Shown here: in pieces, positions 16,727-24,437 of the stretch | Numbering within the stretch: position 1 is the first letter of the stretch | How the letters are laid out: every line of letters begins with the position of its first letter | From: Escherichia phage HHU8 | Direction: 5' to 3' (one strand) | Sequence record: PQ641135 | Length of the DNA: 42,059 nucleotides | Made by a program: the position numbers and the translations under genes | Notes under the pieces: model-generated | What the model was told of the DNA's origin: nothing | Seen by the model: only the letters and a program-made list of their open reading frames with translations | The model's database searches: none

Positions 16727-19159
16727 TCAGCAGAAAAACTTGCTTGATTGTTTCACAAGTTGGATATCCAGATTGCCACGCTCAGGTGCAACAGCATTGT
16801 ATCGTACAGCAAGTTGTTGAATCGGGTCATGTTGCTCATACATCTGCACGAACTTTTCACGAATGACCTTGTGGAGTAACCCGGCATGAGCTGCTGCCAC
16901 CCCGAACGAATCGTGGATAGACACCATGTACACCCCGTTATTCCACATCTCCCACAACACCTTCATCATGTGGCTGGCATCCATAGCGTGTACGAAATTC
17001 GGAGCAATCGCAGCGGCACACTTCCTGCCATCAGGCTTGTCCAGATACTCGCGCAGCTTAATGCTGTGGATACCCATGAGGTTGATGTTATTGAGCATCG
17101 TCTCCTTGCTGGCTTGATACAGGTTCACCACTCGCAGCCCTGACGGTGCAATGATTTCCACGTACTCACCGTTGGCTGCCGCCTCTACCGCGATAGCCTG
17201 CAACCATGCCATCAGCTCTGCCGCCTTCGGCACAACGCGAGGGATTGCATTCCACATGAACTCTGCGATGAACTGCGCACACTCCAGTAGGCTCTTGCCG
17301 TCCGGCAGCTTGACCCGGTTCTCACGCAGGTACAGGCAGTAGTAGTCCACCATCCCGTGTCGGGTTGCCCCGTACACGTATGTCATCACTGGCTTCTTAG
17401 CCATCGCCCGGACAATGCCGATTGAAACAAGCCACGAACCCATCTGCGTCGGTGACTGCGCTTCACTATCTTCAAGAGCCTGCATCGCCGCTGCTGCCGT
17501 CTTGAGATATATGTCTGCTTTTCTTCCCACGCTATTGATAAGATTGACAGCAGCACCTCCAACTTCATCTCGTAGCATCGCACTGAGGTGCTGGAGTCCT
17601 GAACAGGTAGCATCCCATTGCGTGACCACTCGGCAGGGATAAGTCTCAGGATTTCCTGAGTCGATAGCGCGAATGAGTTCAACAGAGGCAGCCCACGCGC
17701 TGATAGGGCTATCGGCCTCTGACCAGAACGAATCAAATGCCTCTGGAAGACGGCACGCCTCACGTAGTCGGGGGAGTGTCTTGTCCGTCCACGCCGCCCG
17801 GTCGTCGAAGTCTGTTGCGTCGTAGCCGAAGCAATTCGCAACATGAACCTTGAGCCAGAACAGCCCCTCAGTTCCGAGAGCCACTGGTTCCGCAAGCTCA
17901 AGCAGCGCTCGCACCGCGTCGATAGACTGAGGATTAAGGGTCGAAGAATAATAAATTCGGCCCCGCGTATCGGCGTAAGTCGGGAGATAAATCCTATCGT
18001 ACTGCGCATACCTGTCTGCCTCTTTGACTGCACCATTCAGCGCCAGCATCTGTGACGTGAACTTACGCAACTCATTGTAATACAAGCGAGTCTTCACCTT
18101 GTACTCATGAGCTTCGGCATCCATCTGCTGCTGCATCTCTGGTGGGAACTTGCTGATGTACTGTGCAAAGCTCACACCAGCCGGGATGGTAAACGGAAGT
18201 GTAGGTTCACGAGGCGGCACAGGCAGCCCCATAACGCCTGTACGGTTCGTTCGCAGGAACTCCAGTACCATTGGGTTAACTCGGTACGGAACGCTGCTGA
18301 GCATCATACACGGCTCTATAACGGGGGTAGGGTCAACGTTCAATGCACGATACCCTTTATGGTTCATGCGGCTCATTACCCGGTACATCGCTGCCTGCCC
18401 ATCTGAATGCCACATACCGCTGCGACCGTTAGGTGCAATCTGCTTCGGCGGGATAATCAGTGGTGGGCAGCACATGCCATCAGCACGCGGCATGTCCAAC
18501 CAGTCATTCATCGTAGCCAGCACATCCTCGTGCAATGCAAAGTGTGCCGTACCGCGCTGGCGCTGGTTGCCTCCGACACGAATCGTGGACACCAGACCAG
18601 TTGGCTCAACGCACTTCATCATAAGCTTGCCAATGGTAATCAGCGCACGCTGCGGCAGCACATCAATCTCCACCCCAACGTTCGCCGCCGACGCACGCGC
18701 TTTGTTGTAGACGTGGTTCGCTGACTTCGAGCGAGACTTCTTCACGTCCTGCTTAACGCGCTCCATGTACGCCGCCTGCTGCGGCCCGGTCTGCTTCGCC
18801 CGGAGGTACACCACCTCAGCCATCAGTGCCTTGCCCATGCTCTTGAGCAGACTCAGTACCGCCTGCTCCGACGCAGCACCGGACACCGCCATGCTCAGTG
18901 CAAGAGAGGCACACGCTTTGGTGCCAATCTCACGCATGTACGTCCGGTACTGCGCACCATACCCACGGGTCGTTTCGCTCAGGGTTTCTTGCATCGCAGC
19001 TTCGACCAGAGGATAAGCCTCAACCATCATACGCTGGAGCAACGGCACCGACCCGGCGCGGCCACTGGCCATCGCCTCTTTGATATTATCCAGCCAGCCC
19101 TCGCGGTGTCTGGCTCGCGCTTCTTCTTCAAGTCGAATCTGCTCTGCAAGTAAATCCAC
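16727..19159 (-). CDS. single-subunit DNA-dependent RNA polymerase (T7 RNAP family)
   Basis: 810-aa ORF with hallmark motifs: DATCSGLQH (motif A), VMTYVYGAT (motif B region), HDSFG (motif C). Start is GTG at 19157-19159, 5 nt after a perfect AAGGAG. Confidence 0.9.
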   Translation of the reverse strand: MDLLAEQIRLEEEARARHREGWLDNIKEAMASGRAGSVPLLQRMMVEAYPLVEAAMQETLSETTRGYGAQYRTYMREIGTKACASLALSMAVSGAASEQAVLSLLKSMGKALMAEVVYLRAKQTGPQQAAYMERVKQDVKKSRSKSANHVYNKARASAANVGVEIDVLPQRALITIGKLMMKCVEPTGLVSTIRVGGNQRQRGTAHFALHEDVLATMNDWLDMPRADGMCCPPLIIPPKQIAPNGRSGMWHSDGQAAMYRVMSRMNHKGYRALNVDPTPVIEPCMMLSSVPYRVNPMVLEFLRTNRTGVMGLPVPPREPTLPFTIPAGVSFAQYISKFPPEMQQQMDAEAHEYKVKTRLYYNELRKFTSQMLALNGAVKEADRYAQYDRIYLPTYADTRGRIYYSSTLNPQSIDAVRALLELAEPVALGTEGLFWLKVHVANCFGYDATDFDDRAAWTDKTLPRLREACRLPEAFDSFWSEADSPISAWAASVELIRAIDSGNPETYPCRVVTQWDATCSGLQHLSAMLRDEVGGAAVNLINSVGRKADIYLKTAAAAMQALEDSEAQSPTQMGSWLVSIGIVRAMAKKPVMTYVYGATRHGMVDYYCLYLRENRVKLPDGKSLLECAQFIAEFMWNAIPRVVPKAAELMAWLQAIAVEAAANGEYVEIIAPSGLRVVNLYQASKETMLNNINLMGIHSIKLREYLDKPDGRKCAAAIAPNFVHAMDASHMMKVLWEMWNNGVYMVSIHDSFGVAAAHAGLLHKVIREKFVQMYEQHDPIQQLAVRYNAVAPERGNLDIQLVKQSSKFFC

Positions 19160-19161
19160 GA

Positions 19162-19476
19162 CTACTCCTTAACTTGTTTGCTCAGGTGCTCAATCAGCTT
19201 GCCGTCTTCGGCGTATTGCTCGACGAGGCCCACGCCATATGATGGCTTGCTCGGCTCGTCATATCCCGGCTGCGCTTGGTTACGCTGGCCTAAGTCACTC
19301 AGCACAGAATGTTGCAGTACCGGGTCATTCGTACCCGTACCGCCGCAGGCTTCGCAATCCATCAGGACTACTTGCCCACCAATCAACATGCCACGGTAGG
19401 TGCCGCTACCCATGCAGGCACCACACACTTTATGGTCAACCACCGTGTCGTCAATGGCTCTTTGATAACGACTCAT
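19162..19476 (-). CDS. small DnaJ-type zinc-finger protein
   Basis: 105 aa from the ATG at 19474-19476 (AGGAG 6 nt upstream); two CxxCxGxG repeats (CGACMGSG, CEACGGTG). Confidence 0.5.
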   Translation of the reverse strand: MSRYQRAIDDTVVDHKVCGACMGSGTYRGMLIGGQVVLMDCEACGGTGTNDPVLQHSVLSDLGQRNQAQPGYDEPSKPSYGVGLVEQYAEDGKLIEHLSKQVKE

Positions 19477-19484
19477 ATAATCTC

Positions 19485-19661
19485 CTACGCAAGACAGGCG
19501 AACAGAACAGCAGGGATGACAGCCAAGAATACCCACAGGATAAAGCCTTCTGCCCCGGCAGTGTCAACGTGGCTCTTGTTGTACTGGTCGCACGCGGCCA
19601 GACAGACAACAGAGAACAGGGCAAACCATACCACAGCTACAATCCAAAGTAAAACACTCAT
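19485..19661 (-). CDS. small membrane protein with two predicted transmembrane helices
   Basis: 58 aa from the ATG at 19659-19661 (MSVLLWIVAVVWFALFSVV...FILWVFLAVIPAVLFACLA); two hydrophobic stretches separated by a short polar loop. Confidence 0.4.
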   Translation of the reverse strand: MSVLLWIVAVVWFALFSVVCLAACDQYNKSHVDTAGAEGFILWVFLAVIPAVLFACLA

Positions 19662-20236
19662 TTGCGTTTCCTTAATTCGAGTTCCAGAATGAACAGCGCA
19701 TTGCACGCGGCGTGCGCCAGATGGTGCAGGTTGGATTCGCTATCCAGTTCCTCACCCTTACCCACCGCCGTCAGGTGTCGCAGCAGTGCTGACTTGTAGC
19801 GTTCCTCACCTTCCGGTACGGTCTGCCACGAGTGGGCTGCATACTTCTCAGCGCCGAAGGTCAGCACGCTGGCCACAGCCTCCAGTGCATTAGGGCAGCC
19901 GTCGAGCAGCAGTGACATACGAGGCTTGCCGCCGTCGAACTTCATGCCACCCGGCCCAGCGCCCTTGGCCACAGCCACCTCAACATCATGGGCCGGGTCG
20001 TAAGGGTCAACCGGGATGAATGCAATATCGACTTCCTTCACCTCGTAAGGTTCCAGCACCAGCAGGTGTGTCTTGCCATCCTTGACACAGGTGTAATAAT
20101 CACGGCTATCGTTCGGCACATCGTACGGCTCGTCGTACGTCAGGATGACACCTTGCTCAGCAATGTCGCTCAGCAGCGTGCCAGTACCCCAGTTGCGTGC
20201 CGGGTCTAAGATAAACTTCTGACCTTTCTTACCCAT
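19658..20236 (-). CDS. protein with a dATP/dGTP pyrophosphohydrolase-like C-terminal domain
   Basis: 192 aa from the ATG at 20234-20236 (GGAGGT upstream). The C-terminal half (MKFDGGKPRMSLL...LTFGAEKY...W...RYKSALLRHL...ESNLHHLAHAACNALFILE) follows the pattern I recall for the phage dATP/dGTP diphosphohydrolase N-terminal domain family; recalled from memory, not searched. Confidence 0.45.
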   Translation of the reverse strand: MGKKGQKFILDPARNWGTGTLLSDIAEQGVILTYDEPYDVPNDSRDYYTCVKDGKTHLLVLEPYEVKEVDIAFIPVDPYDPAHDVEVAVAKGAGPGGMKFDGGKPRMSLLLDGCPNALEAVASVLTFGAEKYAAHSWQTVPEGEERYKSALLRHLTAVGKGEELDSESNLHHLAHAACNALFILELELRKRK

Positions 20237-20756
20237 TCGCCTTACCTCCATCGACCTTAGAATCAGCGCCATCGTATTTAGCATTGGCATGAACATACTC
20301 ATGATTGTCCTCGTACCGGGTCACTTCATAAACCGTGATGCCGAGGCCACGCATGAAGTCAACGATGTGTGGCAGGTCGTCGAAAGCACACACGATGTTC
20401 TCAATGCCAATGTCCTCCAGCGCCGCCAGCTTCATCTCTGTGTCTTTACGGCAGTCGCCAATCTCTCTCATGATTAGCTTGTCGTAAACCACACCAGCTT
20501 CGTCAAGCCATTGCTCTGTTACTTCACGGGCCACGGCCCCGCGTCCGGTCAGGATGATAATGCGATACGTGAGGGCCAAGGCGTTCACAATATCAATCGT
20601 GTCCTGAAACGCAGGGTCGTCAGCGCCAGCCAAGTTGAACTCGGCCCACGCTTCATCAAGGTGCCGACGCTCCGGTGGAGGCAGCAGGTGTAGACGCCAG
20701 CGGCCATCAGCCAGCGTGCCGTCCAAATCAACGACTACGGTATCTTTCATGTGCAT
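20229..20756 (-). CDS. HAD-superfamily phosphatase (polynucleotide 3'-phosphatase-like)
   Basis: HAD motif I DxDGT at the N-terminus (VVVDLDGTLADG) when started at the ATGs at 20748-20756; the longer track ORF extends upstream in frame. Downstream acidic motifs are consistent with a HAD fold. Confidence 0.55.
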   Translation of the reverse strand: MHMKDTVVVDLDGTLADGRWRLHLLPPPERRHLDEAWAEFNLAGADDPAFQDTIDIVNALALTYRIIILTGRGAVAREVTEQWLDEAGVVYDKLIMREIGDCRKDTEMKLAALEDIGIENIVCAFDDLPHIVDFMRGLGITVYEVTRYEDNHEYVHANAKYDGADSKVDGGKANG

Positions 20757-20946
20757 CGTGTGCTTCCTCAAGAGCGAAGATAATATCTCGGACGTATGCC
20801 CAAGGCAACCAGACTTCCTCACCGTCCTGCGAAATACAGACGGTGCCATCTTTATACAGCTCGACCTGAGTGTTGGCCTCCCACCCAATGGAGAGGCCAT
20901 CCTCTTTGAGCTGCACCACATCTTCTTGGTACAGTGTTCTCGTCAC
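20728..20946 (-). CDS. hypothetical protein
   Basis: 72-aa ORF starting at a GTG that overlaps the upstream stop (GTGA), GGAG 9 nt upstream; no recognisable motif. Confidence 0.3.
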   Translation of the reverse strand: MTRTLYQEDVVQLKEDGLSIGWEANTQVELYKDGTVCISQDGEEVWLPWAYVRDIIFALEEAHDAHERYRSR

Positions 20947-22070
20947 TCCAACATCTCCGGGCTAATAGTGAATCGTGCGACCTCACCGTACCGGGCATGA
21001 TAAGTAATCACGCTCGCGCTGCGCTCACTCAACCAACCACCACGCGAAGCATAGGCATCCTTCGCCGCCAGCGTACGGTGCTGCTCGACAATCATGACAC
21101 CAGACTCCAGTACCTTCTTGTGGTGCAGGTGGCCAACGTGTGCATACGCATGTTTGGTTCGGCCATACACTTCGCGGAACTTGGCGACCAGTACAGTCTC
21201 CAGTTGTTCTGCCTTACGCTTGTGACCATGGTGGAAGAACAGTGCCGTCTCGCCATGCTCATAGCAGTAGTACGGGTCAGGGCTGCGGTCAACGGTAACA
21301 CGCGGCTCGTCGGCGTACAGTACATGCAGCAGCTCACGCATCCAGATTGAGCTGGCCATGTCGTGGTTGCCCTCGGCGCACACTACGTGAACCTGTGGGA
21401 ACTTATCCAGCAGCATACCAATGATGCGGCGCTGCGCCCGGATAGCCACACGCACCAGTTTCTGGAATCGCGTGTCAGCATCAAGCACATGCCCACTCGA
21501 TGGCGTTACTGCATCTAACCCATCCCAGTGCAGGAAGTCACCGAGCTGGCCGAAGATGGCAACCTGTGCTGGCGGCGCACTGGCAATCGCTGCCGAGAAC
21601 CACTTAACCAGCAGGTCTTCTGCAATCTTCATATCCCAGTCGTCGCCAGTTTCATCTGCCCATGCCAGCATACCGAGGTGGTAGTCAGTCAGCACAAACA
21701 GGTTCAGCAGCTCAGCAGGTGCCGCGCCCCCGGCGTACGGTCGGGCAGCTTCCGGGGTGATGCTCTCACTAATTGCATCGACAGCTTCTTGCAGCAGCGC
21801 CAGCTCCTGCTCACGGTCGAGTGCCGTCTTCACCCACTGCATGACAACGTTGCCGTCCTTATCGTACAGCGTGGACGTACCCTTCACCGCATACGGCTCC
21901 GGCACTTCCTTCGTCATGTCGTGCTCAGGACTCCAGCCGCTCTTGGCAAGCTGGCGCTTCCGGTATCGAATGGCGCTCTCGGTCATGTCGTGCTTCTCAG
22001 CAATGGCCTTGGTGCCAAGCCCTTCGGCAATGTCTTCTTTGAGTTGGTGATTAGTTAACTTGGTCATCAT
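20943..22070 (-). CDS. calcineurin-like metallophosphoesterase with N-terminal helix-turn-helix, putative DNA exonuclease
   Basis: 375-aa ORF; phosphoesterase motifs DxH (VLTDYHLG), GD (GQLGDFLH), GNHD (CAEGNHD) and GHxH (VGHLHH); the N-terminal ~40 aa look like a sigma-70 region-4 / LuxR-type HTH. ATG at 22068-22070 with AAGGGG upstream. Confidence 0.65.
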   Translation of the reverse strand: MMTKLTNHQLKEDIAEGLGTKAIAEKHDMTESAIRYRKRQLAKSGWSPEHDMTKEVPEPYAVKGTSTLYDKDGNVVMQWVKTALDREQELALLQEAVDAISESITPEAARPYAGGAAPAELLNLFVLTDYHLGMLAWADETGDDWDMKIAEDLLVKWFSAAIASAPPAQVAIFGQLGDFLHWDGLDAVTPSSGHVLDADTRFQKLVRVAIRAQRRIIGMLLDKFPQVHVVCAEGNHDMASSIWMRELLHVLYADEPRVTVDRSPDPYYCYEHGETALFFHHGHKRKAEQLETVLVAKFREVYGRTKHAYAHVGHLHHKKVLESGVMIVEQHRTLAAKDAYASRGGWLSERSASVITYHARYGEVARFTISPEMLE

Positions 22071-22399
22071 TTCCCCTTAGTGATTAAGGCTCGCGCTTTC
22101 GCGGCTGCCGCCTTCTTACGTCTCTCGGCTGTCGCCGCTTTCTTCTCTGCCTCGGTCTTGTGCGTTGGGTACATCAGACCAGTGTGTTGCTTACGTCGCC
22201 ACTCGATGGCGCTGTCCAGCCAGTCATCAACTGTGCGCTGGCGCTTCGCTCGGTTGGCAGAGTTCTCTACCTTGCCGAGCTGAGCATTACACCAGCGGCA
22301 GATGACACCGCGAATCTCCCCACTCACATGGTCGTGGTCAACCACCATGAGCTTGAGGTCTACCATCGGCTCGTTACAGAGTGGGCAAGGACAGCCCAT
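22067..22399 (-). CDS. endonuclease VII (Holliday-junction resolvase, T4 gp49-like)
   Basis: Zn-binding and catalytic signature CPCPLC...VVDHDHVSGEIRGVICRWCNAQLG matches the Endonuclease VII family pattern. Start is uncertain: ATGs at 22399, 22414 and 22459 all overlap the end of the exonuclease gene. Confidence 0.7.
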   Translation of the reverse strand: MGCPCPLCNEPMVDLKLMVVDHDHVSGEIRGVICRWCNAQLGKVENSANRAKRQRTVDDWLDSAIEWRRKQHTGLMYPTHKTEAEKKAATAERRKKAAAAKARALITKGK

Positions 22400-23348
22400 C
22401 GCATTCTTCCGCATCTGCAACAAGGTCGCGCCAGTCACTTTCCGCATACCATTCCTCATTCAGTTTCTTGTGCAGCCAGACACGCAGCTCCTTGCTCAAG
22501 GTCAGCGTATTGAGGTGGGCTGCGAATGAGTAGGTCGGCGTGCGGTACAGCCACAACGCCACTGCTTCTGGCCATGGGTTCTGGTCGCGCACCATGTACT
22601 CACGGAGCACGAACTCAGCTACAGCCGACTCGTCATCAGTCTCCTGATAATCGACCAGCATATCGTAAGCTGTCTGCTTACCAATCTTCTTGACACCAGC
22701 GATGTTGTCGGCACTGTCGCCCATCAGCATCTGCGCCCAAAAGAAGATAGGCCCATGACCAATCAGCGACTTGTCACTCTTGGTCTCGTGCCACCACAGA
22801 CGGCCCACACCTTTGCACGGCTCCAGTACCTTGTTGTCGTACGGGTCGAGGAACCTGCCCGGCCAGCAGCGCAGGTCTTTATCTGCGCTGTAGATTACTG
22901 CATCGTTAATGCCAATCGTCCACGCGTCCATGATTAAGGTGTCGTCAGCCTCGAACTCAAAGTTCAGGTGAACGTACCAGTCCTCACCATCAGGAACGTT
23001 GAACATGTTCCGGCCAATTGCTTTACGCAACGGCTCAACCAGACCGGGCTTGCGGTCTTTGTCGCGGTTGCCTTGGTACAGCTTGGCCCCACGCAGCTTG
23101 TACCGTCCAGCTTTCGTACACTCCGCAGCGGTCAACTCGATACGAACTGACTGAGCATTGGCGAGGAACTTGGCAGTCAGTACCCCGGAACAGAATCGTG
23201 TCTTCGCCGTCTCGATGTTCTTCGTGGTTGCTGCCGCGACGTAGACTGTCGAGTCAGCATCACACAGCAGAATACGACCAGACACGTAACCATCAAACTG
23301 GTCATCAAGTTCCTCGGCATTGTGAAGCAAGCGTTTCAATCTGCTCAT
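22374..23348 (-). CDS. 5'-3' exonuclease (T7 gp6-like FEN-family nuclease)
   Basis: 324-aa ORF; helix-3-turn-helix motif MLMGDSADNIAGVKKIGKQTA typical of 5' nucleases; ATG at 23346-23348 with GGAGAG upstream. Confidence 0.8.
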   Translation of the reverse strand: MSRLKRLLHNAEELDDQFDGYVSGRILLCDADSTVYVAAATTKNIETAKTRFCSGVLTAKFLANAQSVRIELTAAECTKAGRYKLRGAKLYQGNRDKDRKPGLVEPLRKAIGRNMFNVPDGEDWYVHLNFEFEADDTLIMDAWTIGINDAVIYSADKDLRCWPGRFLDPYDNKVLEPCKGVGRLWWHETKSDKSLIGHGPIFFWAQMLMGDSADNIAGVKKIGKQTAYDMLVDYQETDDESAVAEFVLREYMVRDQNPWPEAVALWLYRTPTYSFAAHLNTLTLSKELRVWLHKKLNEEWYAESDWRDLVADAEECDGLSLPTL

Positions 23349-23502
23349 TCACTCTCTCCATCAGCATGTTCTCAATCATCTTCTTCAAAGTGAAGAACAT
23401 GTCGTAGCTCATTTCAACTCTCTCGCTGCGGCTTTTGATTACCATGCACATGTCGCTAGGCTCGTCGTAAACGATAACCTCGCCCGGCTCTAACTCTCGC
23501 AT
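23305..23502 (-). CDS. hypothetical protein
   Basis: 65 aa from the ATG at 23500-23502, which has GGAGGA upstream; overlaps the exonuclease start by ~44 nt in another frame. Confidence 0.3.
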   Translation of the reverse strand: MRELEPGEVIVYDEPSDMCMVIKSRSERVEMSYDMFFTLKKMIENMLMERVNEQIETLASQCRGT

Positions 23503-23537
23503 GTATCCTCCACGGCACATCCCTGTGCCATTGTCAG

Positions 23538-24437
23538 TTACAGACTCGGCAGGCCGAAGTCAGCATCGCCAGTCACGTCCGGCTCAGGCTTGGACGCTGC
23601 CGACTTGTCAGCCGCGCCAGCCGTTGCCAGCTCCTGCACTTCCTGCTTAACCTCGGCCACTTCCTCCGGCTGGCCCACGTCGCCCAGCTCCGGCAGCTCA
23701 GCGATTGCCGAGCCAGCACCAGCGCCGTTCAGCAGCAGGTCAAGCGGAGAGCCGGGGAACTCAGGAGATTCCAGCAGCTTGTCCTGAATCCAGTTCTTGG
23801 ATTTGCCATCGTCGTTCTTGCCTTCGATGTACAGGGATTCCCAGTCTTCCTTGGTAGGACGGTTCCACAGGAACAGCTTGAACAGCGTCTCGTCCTCAAC
23901 CTCCGGCACCGGGTACGGCTGGTCAGTCACCGGGTCAACCGCGAGCATGATGTTCTCAAGGTCGATGTTGGCGTACACCTTCTTGTTCTCACCCTCGCCC
24001 GATTCGTTGTGGATAATCGGAACGATGAAGGTGTGGTTCAGAAGCTGCGCGAAGTGCTTCGCAGTCTTGTCCGGGTTCATACGCTTGAACAGTTTGTAAG
24101 CGCCTGACTTGCTGTTCAGGTCTTTCTTCACAGCGATGAACTGCGTGCGCACCTTGCCCGGTACCATCTTACCATTGACAACTTCATGGTAAGTCTCGCC
24201 GTTCTTGGCCTTGCCCCACAGTGCGAACTGGAGGAAGAACTTATTGACAGGCGGTTTGTCCGGTGCCTGCTTGGTCACGCTCGGCCCCACTTCAATGTAG
24301 CCAACCAGCCGCGCCAGTGCCTTACCTTCCGGCAGCAGCTTACCACCACCAGACGTGGCTTCGTTAAAGTCAAGTTCTTCCTCGTCAACATACTGTTCGA
24401 CGATGGAGTTCATGCGGTTCAATACAGATGCGGTCAT
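23538..24437 (-). CDS. hypothetical protein with acidic C-terminal tail (possibly ssDNA-binding or replisome accessory)
   Basis: 299-aa ORF immediately downstream of the DNA polymerase (ATGA overlap at 24434-24437); acidic C-terminus (...EVAEVKQEVQELATAGAADK...DVTGDADFGLPSL). Function inferred only from position and the tail. Confidence 0.4.
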   Translation of the reverse strand: MTASVLNRMNSIVEQYVDEEELDFNEATSGGGKLLPEGKALARLVGYIEVGPSVTKQAPDKPPVNKFFLQFALWGKAKNGETYHEVVNGKMVPGKVRTQFIAVKKDLNSKSGAYKLFKRMNPDKTAKHFAQLLNHTFIVPIIHNESGEGENKKVYANIDLENIMLAVDPVTDQPYPVPEVEDETLFKLFLWNRPTKEDWESLYIEGKNDDGKSKNWIQDKLLESPEFPGSPLDLLLNGAGAGSAIAELPELGDVGQPEEVAEVKQEVQELATAGAADKSAASKPEPDVTGDADFGLPSL

